Below are positions 25,232-31,497 of a DNA stretch of 48,273 nt, piece by piece. The notes beneath the pieces were generated by a model. That model saw only the letters and a program-made list of their open reading frames with translations, was not told where the DNA came from and searched no databases. Within the stretch, counting starts at the first letter, position 1; each line of letters starts with the position of its first letter. Both the position numbers and the translations under genes were made by a program. Source of the stretch: an uncultured Gammaproteobacteria bacterium (GTDB lineage: Bacteria > Patescibacteriota > Patescibacteriia > Magasanikbacterales > UBA922); NCBI GenBank assembly GCA_964344965.1, contig CAYFPJ010000007.1, positions 1 to 48,273 of the forward strand, written 5' to 3'.

Positions 25232-25379
25232 GTTTCACAAGAAACTGAATTGCTTGTTGTTTAAACTGGTTTATCTATCCTTGGTGGGTATAAAATTAAG
25301 GTTGTGTCTATGTTTGTTTGGTAAGAAAATCTTTGGAATAAAATATATAATAATGTACGACATTAATATATATTATAAT

Positions 25380-26090
25380 TTAGTCAAATTTATAATAATA
25401 AATCAATCCAGAGACAATCGCTCTTGCCATTTTAGTTAGCTTTTCTTTGTCAGTCTGTAGGTCGTGTAAGTTGGAGGCTACTTTTTTTCTATCTCCACTA
25501 GAAATGGAGTTTTTTGGAATATCTATCAGAAGGCCGCGACCAAATTTTTGCATTAGCTTGGCGGCAGTGATGTTGCTGGTCATTGGATGAGGATTATTTC
25601 TACCAAATTCAAAATCGTTCTCTTGTAGCGAACTTTCTATATTTTTGGTCAGAGTCGGATCGGATATGTCTACTCCTGGCTTTTCTATTGTACTGGTCGC
25701 TACATTGATAACCCTTGGCTCTCCCCAATGAAAAGGACTGATATAAGAATCCAGATATCCTGAAATATTGTTTGGCGCAAGTGCTACTGGGTCTGGACCA
25801 TATTTTGCAGATTTGGGGTTGAAAGGGGCCATGGTGTGGAGATCAATCCAGAATCCAGTATCAGACAAATTTTGAAAGTAGTCAAAGATTTGCTCTAGTG
25901 TTTTTTGGTGGAGATTTTGTAGATACTTTAGTATCTTAGGGTATTTATTTTTGTCAAAAATATTTCTCACGGCAGAGTCTGGACTGATCCTTCCGATATC
26001 TAGGATTCCACGAGGGATTTGGATGTCAATCACATCTACCCGCATTTCTTTATTTTTTTCAATGACTTTTTTGGCAATCTTGTGAACCAA
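25380..26090 (-). CDS. N-formylglutamate amidohydrolase (FGase) family protein, C-terminal ~80%; 5' part separated by a repeat insertion
   Basis: IPRGILDIGR resembles the family xRxxxDxNR motif. The open frame continues upstream into repeat copy 1, and the TTG at 26090 is only the first start-like codon. Confidence 0.55.
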   Translation of the reverse strand: MVHKIAKKVIEKNKEMRVDVIDIQIPRGILDIGRISPDSAVRNIFDKNKYPKILKYLQNLHQKTLEQIFDYFQNLSDTGFWIDLHTMAPFNPKSAKYGPDPVALAPNNISGYLDSYISPFHWGEPRVINVATSTIEKPGVDISDPTLTKNIESSLQENDFEFGRNNPHPMTSNITAAKLMQKFGRGLLIDIPKNSISSGDRKKVASNLHDLQTDKEKLTKMARAIVSGLIYYYKFD

Positions 26091-26119
26091 TTTTGTGACC
26101 CCGACATCTTTTTCAATTT

Positions 26120-26267
26120 TTAAATCTTTAAGCGGTTTTATTCCTCGATGCTTGCATCGAAAAAGTGAAAACTAACATTGGTTGAAATAAGATTTTCTGC
26201 CAATACCCCGCAGCTTGCTGCGGGGATGGCCCGATGAAGTCTTACTTAAACCAAATTTACTTTTATT
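26120..26267 (+). mobile_element. 148-nt MITE-like repeat, copy 1 (inside the FGase-family gene)
   Basis: Base-for-base identical to 29683-29830, 36409-36556 and 43054-43201. Confidence 0.85.
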
Positions 26268-26427
26268 AGTCAAGAAATGTTTTTTGCTCTACTTGCAGAG
26301 CTTCTGTGATCTCTGGATTATCTTTTAAAAATTTTTGCCCATCATCACCATGAAGATTTAATAAAAAATAATCTGCCTTGGTTCTGTTTTCTCCATAATT
26401 TGTGGTGTTTATATATTTTACACTCAT
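26266..26427 (-). pseudogene. N-terminal 53-codon fragment of the interrupted FGase-family gene
   Basis: MSVKYINTTNYGENRTKADYFLLNLHGDDGQKFLKDNPEITEALQVEQKTFLD then TAA, which is contributed at the repeat boundary. Deleting 26123-26267 joins it in frame to LKIEKDVGVTKLVHK... Confidence 0.55.
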
Positions 26428-26537
26428 ATTTATAACACTGATTACACAGATTTAGAAAGGATTGCACGGGCATGAGATGAAGGTGTGTTACTGAGGCAAA
26501 CATCTTGTAGTCTGGCAACGTTCTATATTCTTTTGTT

Positions 26538-26870
26538 CCTGACCCTTTGGCTCTTTGGTTCAGGAGGGGTCATAAAGGTAACTAGACACATGTTGTTATC
26601 TGTCTACTGTTCCTTTCCCCAGCTATTTGTGTCATTCGCCGCTGGGGATGGCAGATTTTTTGAGACGTCACGCCGCCTGCTCCCCGTCCTCTCGGACGAG
26701 GGTCAGAGCGGCGGGCTGCTCGTTGCCAGTCTCCTGGCAACGAGCAGCCTTCATTCGGTCCTGCCACTCACCCCACGTCACCGTGGGGTGGCAGTAGAAG
26801 AACCCCGGCTGGGGGCGCCACGCCCCCTGAGTCTCGTTCATTCCTTCCTCCATGTCAAGGCATATTTGGA
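26538..26870. other. Visibly GC-rich array of adjacent near-perfect hairpins (unidentified structured RNA or foreign remnant)
   Basis: Stems are: cctgacc/ggttcagg; ccccagc/gctgggg; a long imperfect stem at about 26671-26715; a 15-16 bp perfect stem 26715-26729/26734-26748 with loop tctc; ctgcca..ccccacg-tcac-cgtgggg-tggcag (26761-26794); and gggggcg-cca-cgccccc (26811-26827). Confidence 0.5.
26668..26853 (-). CDS. Doubtful 61-aa GC-rich ORF
   Basis: An internal ATG is preceded by ggagg. However, the ORF contains a 34-nt perfect palindrome and other hairpins, and all frames are open in this GC-rich patch. Confidence 0.2.
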   Translation of the reverse strand: MEEGMNETQGAWRPQPGFFYCHPTVTWGEWQDRMKAARCQETGNEQPAALTLVREDGEQAA

Positions 26871-26900
26871 GAGAATTTTTTCTCTACAAACATGCTTTGA

Positions 26901-27009
26901 CAAAAGAAAAAACCTTCGTCATATTGACGAAGGTTTTTTATTAGAAATATTTATTTCAGCGAAAACACAACCTTCGTCGGGAGAGGGGCATCATCATGCT
27001 CATCATCAT
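26901..27009 (-). promoter_or_regulatory. Candidate leader-peptide attenuator A (Met-codon-rich mini-ORF + alternative hairpins + U-run)
   Basis: Mini-ORF 27009->26956 is MMMSMMMPLSRRRLCFR*. gacgaaggtt occurs inside the ORF (26978-26969) and as the terminator 3' arm (26920-26911). Both are complementary to aaccttcgtc (26935-26926). The terminator is followed by ttttcttttg. Confidence 0.4.
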
Positions 27010-27045
27010 GATTGTGTTTAGAATAGAGTTCATAATAGTTGTTAG

Positions 27046-27140
27046 AAATAAAAAACCTTCGCTTGTTTTGCGAAGGCTTTGGAGATTTTTGGTGTTAGTT
27101 AAATCAGGCCTTCGCAAGGGGTCATCATCATGGCCATCAT
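27046..27140 (-). promoter_or_regulatory. Candidate leader-peptide attenuator B (same architecture as A)
   Basis: Mini-ORF 27140->27099 is MMAMMMTPCEGLI*. tgcgaaggc in the ORF (27116-27108) and gcgaagg (27062-27056) both pair with gccttcgca (27077-27069). The terminator is followed by ttttttattt. Confidence 0.4.
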
Positions 27141-27279
27141 GTTGGTAGATTGTGTAGCAATATTTTTCATATTATTTATACCTTACACTGATACCTTCAG
27201 TTTGTCAATGATCAACTGTGGAATATCCAAAAAAGAAAAAATTTGGTATAATCACAATGTTGTTTTTAACATAAAAAAT

Positions 27280-27597
27280 ATGCCTGTTATCGAGGCCTTA
27301 AATTTTATCACCAGCTATGTTGGTTTGATCATCCAATACATTGGACTTTTTATTGTAGCTATTTCTGTGATTATTGGCCTGGCTAAGCTACCGATGAAGG
27401 AGTATACAGTAGATCACGTTCGTAAGCATATGGCTGCCCGAATTATTTTTGGGTTGGAGTTCGTGATTGCGGCTGACATCTTGCTTGCTACTGTAGCTAC
27501 CAGCTATAATGAGATTTTGAGACTGGGAGCTATCGTACTTATTAGAATCATGCTTGGTTATGTCTTGCGCAAAGACATGGCTGAGTTGAAGGGTTAA
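27280..27597 (+). CDS. DUF1622-like small membrane protein
   Basis: MPVIEALNFITSYVGLIIQYIGLFIVAISVIIGL... An extended -10 (tggtataat, 27244-27252) upstream supports this start over ATG 27130. Confidence 0.55.
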   Translation: MPVIEALNFITSYVGLIIQYIGLFIVAISVIIGLAKLPMKEYTVDHVRKHMAARIIFGLEFVIAADILLATVATSYNEILRLGAIVLIRIMLGYVLRKDMAELKG

Positions 27598-27685
27598 GTC
27601 ATTTTTTTGGACAGAACGCTCATATTGACGTCCTGTTTTTATTTTGATATAATTTTTTCGCTCTTAAAAAAGAAGAGTATATAAA

Positions 27686-27759
27686 GGGCCATTAGCTCAG
27701 TTGGCTAGAGCGCCGCCATGGCATGGCGGAGGTCAAGGGTTCAAATCCCTTATGGTCCA
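27686..27759 (+). tRNA. tRNA-Ala (anticodon GGC)
   Basis: Acceptor gggccat/atggtcc with the G3:U70 Ala identity pair, D arm gctc-agttggcta-gagc, anticodon stem ccgcc/ggcgg with loop atGGCat, T arm aaggg-ttcaaat-ccctt. Confidence 0.9.
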
Positions 27760-27765
27760 CATTTT

Positions 27766-27957
27766 GTGTACGAAATTACTAACATTACGCCATGCCTACC
27801 TACCGGCAGGAAAGATACAAAAAAGGCAATTAAGTCGTTAGGATTCCTCCTGAAAGGCGGGTTGACTCCAAACCATGTCTGTTGCGACCGCCTTTCGGCG
27901 GTAATCATAGTCTAGTAGCAACATTTCGTACCTTTCGTACCTTTCGTATTTCGCACA
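27766..27957. repeat. Word-type inverted-repeat element without ORF, between tRNA-Ala and the ABC ATPase gene
   Basis: The left end tgtgtacgaaattac matches the reverse complement of the right end, tgtgcgaaatac. Internal hairpins are gaaaggcgg/ccgcctttc and cctaccggcagg. The right arm carries three ttcgta words. Confidence 0.5.
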
Positions 27958-27963
27958 TCTTTT

Positions 27964-28677
27964 ATGAATGCTCTTGAAATAAACAATTTCACCAAAAAGT
28001 ATGGTGACAATGTCGCTGTAGATAACATCTCTCTCACTGTCAAGCAAGGAGAGTTTTTTGGTTTTTTGGGGAAGAATGGTGCTGGTAAGACGACGACCAT
28101 CAGTGCCGTTACTGGTATTGGTAAGATTACTAGTGGAAATATAAAAGTATTTGGAATTGATGTGGAAAAAAAATATCGAGATGCTCGTCGTAAGATTGGA
28201 TTGTCTCCTCAAGAATTCAACGTAGACATCTGGGCCAAAGTGAGAAATATATTGTGGTATGTTGGTGGATATTATGGTATGAACAAACCTGAAAGAGAAA
28301 AAAGAATTGCAGAATTATTAAAAATTTTTGAACTAGAAGAACATCAGGACAAAGAATTTCGTCAGCTTTCTGGAGGATTGAAAAGGAGATTGATGTTGGC
28401 TCGAGCCATGATGCATGATCCAGATTTATTGATTCTTGACGAGCCTACTGCCGGGGTAGATGTAGAACTTCGTCATGAACTGTGGAAATATCTACGTCGT
28501 ATCAACGAGGAAGGAAAAACTATTTTTTTTACGTCACATTATCTCGAAGAAGTAGAAGAACTTTGTAGTCGTATCGCCATCATTGACGGCGGTAAGATTA
28601 TTGCTGATGCTCCGAAGAGTGAATTTATTCGGGACGGCAGCTCATTAGAAAAGAAATATTTAGAATTGACGAAGTAG
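27964..28677 (+). CDS. ABC transporter ATP-binding protein (ABC-2 exporter type)
   Basis: Walker A GKNGAGKTT, signature LSGGLKRR, Walker B LLILDEP. Confidence 0.9.
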   Translation: MNALEINNFTKKYGDNVAVDNISLTVKQGEFFGFLGKNGAGKTTTISAVTGIGKITSGNIKVFGIDVEKKYRDARRKIGLSPQEFNVDIWAKVRNILWYVGGYYGMNKPEREKRIAELLKIFELEEHQDKEFRQLSGGLKRRLMLARAMMHDPDLLILDEPTAGVDVELRHELWKYLRRINEEGKTIFFTSHYLEEVEELCSRIAIIDGGKIIADAPKSEFIRDGSSLEKKYLELTK

Positions 28678-28801
28678 GGAGATAAGGAGATATTGCTCCA
28701 GCCTTCGGCTGTCGCGAGATAAGAGATAAAAGTAATTACAACGCATTATCTCCCTATCTCCTATCTCTTTTTCCGAAGGAAAAAATTATCTCCTTATCTC
28801 C
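28678..28801. repeat. Nested inverted-repeat element (gagataa words) between the ABC ATPase and permease genes
   Basis: ggagataaggagata (28678-28692) pairs with tatctccttatctcc (28787-28801), 15 bp perfect, with inner imperfect gagataagagataa / ttatctccctatctc. It starts right after the TAG stop. Confidence 0.75.
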
Positions 28802-28841
28802 ATGTAATGATTACTCCATCACAAACTTCCTAAATTTATAT

Positions 28842-29603
28842 ATGAATATAGTCGGCCTCAAAACCCTCATCTACCAAGAAATCCAGCGTTTTTCTCGTGT
28901 GTGGATTCAGTCTTTGGTTAGTCCATGGATCAATGCCCTTCTTTATATCCTTGTCTTTGGTGTGATTGTAGGTTCACGGATTGATCTTATTGCTGGGGTG
29001 ACTTACATTGATTTTGTCTTGCCTGGCATTGTGATGCTCAATTTGATTTCAGCTTCATATATGCAGGGGGCTTTCGGTCTTTATTTCAAGAGATTTGCAC
29101 GCCATATTGAGGAGGTCTTGATAGCTCCTTTTTCTCATTTTGAAATACTAATTTCTTTTGTAGCAGCGGCTGTACTGCGGGGTCTGATTGTCGGGTTTGG
29201 GGTTTACGTCATAGCATTATTTTTTAGTGCAGCGACTATCACTCACCTCTTCTTGTTCTTGTTTTACAGTATTTTGGTCGCGATAATTTTTTCATTTGTT
29301 GGTCTCATTATTGGACTCTGGGCCAATAATTTTGAACAGGTGTCAGTTTTGAACACATTTGTGATTACGCCCCTTACTTTCCTTGGTGGTGTATTCAATT
29401 CCATCACCATGCTGCCAGAGAGTGCCCAGTTTTTTGTTCGTCTCAATCCTTTTTTCTATTTTGTCGACGGCCTGCGCTACTCCATGATCGGAATTAGCGA
29501 GGCCAATGTCTGGGTTGGTCTGGGAATTATTTTTACTTTGATTGTTGTTCTTGGGGGGGTTGTTTGGTATTTGTTTAAGATTGGGTGGAAGATTAGGACG
29601 TAA
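28842..29603 (+). CDS. ABC-2 type transporter permease
   Basis: 253 aa with about 6 TM segments, adjacent to the ATPase. Confidence 0.85.
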   Translation: MNIVGLKTLIYQEIQRFSRVWIQSLVSPWINALLYILVFGVIVGSRIDLIAGVTYIDFVLPGIVMLNLISASYMQGAFGLYFKRFARHIEEVLIAPFSHFEILISFVAAAVLRGLIVGFGVYVIALFFSAATITHLFLFLFYSILVAIIFSFVGLIIGLWANNFEQVSVLNTFVITPLTFLGGVFNSITMLPESAQFFVRLNPFFYFVDGLRYSMIGISEANVWVGLGIIFTLIVVLGGVVWYLFKIGWKIRT

Positions 29604-29682
29604 GAATTTTTAATTTGTAATTTATAATTTTCAAACAATTTTCAATCTTAAAATTAATAAATTTTTTCATTCTAAATTGTTT

Positions 29683-29830
29683 TTAAATCTTTAAGCGGTT
29701 TTATTCCTCGATGCTTGCATCGAAAAAGTGAAAACTAACATTGGTTGAAATAAGATTTTCTGCCAATACCCCGCAGCTTGCTGCGGGGATGGCCCGATGA
29801 AGTCTTACTTAAACCAAATTTACTTTTATT
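29683..29830 (+). mobile_element. 148-nt MITE-like repeat, copy 2
   Basis: Identical to copy 1; intergenic between the permease gene and ychF. Confidence 0.85.
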
Positions 29831-29858
29831 TAAAAATTTCAAATTGTAAATTTTCAAT

Positions 29859-30935
29859 ATGTTATCAATCGGAATAGTCGGTCTCCCAAATGTTGGTAAA
29901 TCCACGCTTTTCAATGCCCTCACCAAGAGTAAGCAAGCAGACGCCCAAAATTATCCTTTTTGTACCATCGAACCAAACGTTGGTGTTGTTGAGGTTCCAG
30001 ATGCAAGGCTGCAAAAGTTGAGTGATATTTCCAAATCAAAAAAAATAATTCCCACTGCCATAGAATTTATCGACATTGCGGGGATAGTCAAAGGTGCATC
30101 AGAGGGTGAAGGTCTTGGTAATAAGTTTCTCTCTCATATTCGTGAATGTGATGCTATTGCTCAAGTGGTGCGTTCTTTTGAAGATGGCAATATTACTCAT
30201 GTCCATAATAAAGTGGATCCCAAAAGTGACGTAGACGTGATCAATCTGGAATTGGTGCTAGCTGATTGGCAGACTGTCTCGAAGAGGCTCGAAAAGGTTG
30301 CTAGGGAAGCAAAGGGTGCAAAGGCTAAGGAGGTGGCTGTGGAGTTGTCTGTTTTAGAAAGATTAAATAAACAATTAGAAAATAGTAAACCAGTTCGTCT
30401 GCTGGAGTTTTCAGAGGATGAAGAATTGATTGTTAGGGATTTGCATCTACTGACTATGAAGCCAATGATGTATATTGTAAACGTCAGTGAACAGGAAACA
30501 GTGAACAGTGAACAGTTGAAACTGGAAGAAGGTGCTGTACATGTCTACATCTCAGCCAAGATTGAGGCAGAAATTGCCGAGTTGCCCGAGGAAGATGCCA
30601 AAGAATTTATGGAGGATCTAGGAATGAGGCAGTCAGGATTGGACAAGATTATCACTGCTGGTTACAAATTGCTTGATTTGGTGACATTTTTCACTTCTGG
30701 AGAGATGGAGACTAGGGCCTGGACTGTGAAGAGTGGGGCGACTGGTCCTGAAGCAGCTGGAGTAATTCACACAGATTTTCTCAAAGGGTATATCAAAGCT
30801 GATGTGGCGAATGTTGGTGATTTTGTTTCTTGTGGTGGATGGAATGGAGTGAAAGAAGCTGGGAGGATGCAATTGGTTGGGAAGGATTACATAGTTCAGG
30901 ATGGGGACGTTTGTTACTTTCATATATCTACATAA
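29859..30935 (+). CDS. ychF: Ribosome-binding ATPase YchF
   Basis: [36 protein letters not shown], and a C-terminal TGS-like region ([12 protein letters not shown]). Confidence 0.92.
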   Translation: MLSIGIVGLPNVGKSTLFNALTKSKQADAQNYPFCTIEPNVGVVEVPDARLQKLSDISKSKKIIPTAIEFIDIAGIVKGASEGEGLGNKFLSHIRECDAIAQVVRSFEDGNITHVHNKVDPKSDVDVINLELVLADWQTVSKRLEKVAREAKGAKAKEVAVELSVLERLNKQLENSKPVRLLEFSEDEELIVRDLHLLTMKPMMYIVNVSEQETVNSEQLKLEEGAVHVYISAKIEAEIAELPEEDAKEFMEDLGMRQSGLDKIITAGYKLLDLVTFFTSGEMETRAWTVKSGATGPEAAGVIHTDFLKGYIKADVANVGDFVSCGGWNGVKEAGRMQLVGKDYIVQDGDVCYFHIST

Positions 30936-31007
30936 GTCGCAAGACTGAGATGTTTGCCTGCCCGCCGAAGCTTTAGCGAAGGTGGGTTACTTCCATACTT
31001 CTACTTA

Positions 31008-31272
31008 GAACATGAAACATTAAACATGGAACAAAAAGCCACCTGTTGTAGGTGGTTTTTGGGCTTTTGCAACTTACTATATCAGAACTCTTGAATAATT
31101 TTGCCAAAATATGCGATAAAATAGTTATTTACTTACCACCAGAATGCAACCAAGAGTTCATTCTTTGAGTACATCATAACACAGCATCTTCATTATACCA
31201 CCCCCACCCAAAAAACAACAAAATTCCTCTATATTCCTCCCTTGTCTCATGTTATATGCTCCATGATCCATG
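31008..31272. repeat. ORF-less relative of the catgga-word IVS-like element
   Basis: The left arm is gaacatgaaacattaaacatggaac. The right arm, catgttatatgctccatgatccatg, closely matches the right arm at 12299-12320 (catgtcatatgctccatgttc). Confidence 0.5.
31038..31062 (+). terminator. Rho-independent terminator downstream of ychF
   Basis: gccacct-gttgt-aggtgg followed by tttttggg. Confidence 0.7.
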
Positions 31273-31291
31273 CCAAATGTCTACACTACTC

Positions 31292-31320
31292 TTGACAAAC
31301 AGCCATTTTTGTGCTATACT
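31292..31320 (+). promoter_or_regulatory. Sigma70 promoter for the DUF5667 gene
   Basis: TTGACA (31292-31297), 17-nt spacer, TATACT (31315-31320). It leaves a ~175-nt leader containing GC-rich hairpins. Confidence 0.6.
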
Positions 31321-31497
31321 AAGGTATGTAATCTTTACCTGTGTTGTTTTCAGGGAGAGATAACGCTTCAAACAAAAAAACCCTCATCAGCCCCAGCCAC
31401 AGGGTGCCTGCCCGCCGATATAGAGGGGTCAGCCTCTGGCTGAAGGTGAGCTGGCAAACAAAAATTCAAAAACAAACATAAACATAAACACAAACAT

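Noticed and set aside
26222-26239. ggggatggcccgatgaag inside the 148-nt repeat resembles the SAM-I riboswitch segment GGGACUGGCCCGAUGAAAC.
   Set aside because: None of the other conserved S-box blocks (CUUAUCAAGAG, GCAACC, GGUGCUAA, AGAUGAG) is present. The GGGG is also committed to a stronger hairpin.
26796-26810. agaagaaccccggct resembles the RNase P RNA P4 3' strand (ACAGAACCCGGCU).
   Set aside because: The required GAGGAAAGUCC-type partner is not on the same strand; a ggggaaagg occurs only on the opposite strand. No other conserved regions are visible.
26485-27021. 178-aa plus-strand ORF across the GC-rich patch.
   Set aside because: The sequence is not protein-like, the ORF reads straight through a terminator hairpin, and it is open only because of GC richness.
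26956-27140. Plus-strand reading of the CAT runs as His-rich leader peptides (..GEGHHHAHHHDCV*, ..ARGHHHGHHVGR..).
   Set aside because: Neither His frame has a start codon after the preceding stop or terminator. On the minus strand the same runs are ATG codons with a coherent attenuator geometry.
27130-27279. N-terminal extension of the DUF1622 ORF starting at ATG 27130, which has an aagggg SD-like motif.
   Set aside because: The family-like sequence starts at MPVIEALNF (27280). An extended -10 at 27244-27252 lies inside the putative extension, and the extension overlaps attenuator-like unit B. It is kept as an alternative start only.
13856-27957. The inverted tacgaaa-word motifs as terminal inverted repeats of a 14-kb island.
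   Set aside because: Each motif has the same orientation and a 6-7 nt distance relative to an adjacent start codon. That fits a gene-proximal element rather than island ends.
29735-29926. 63-aa minus-strand ORF.
   Set aside because: It is composed of repeat copy 2 plus the antisense of the ychF start.
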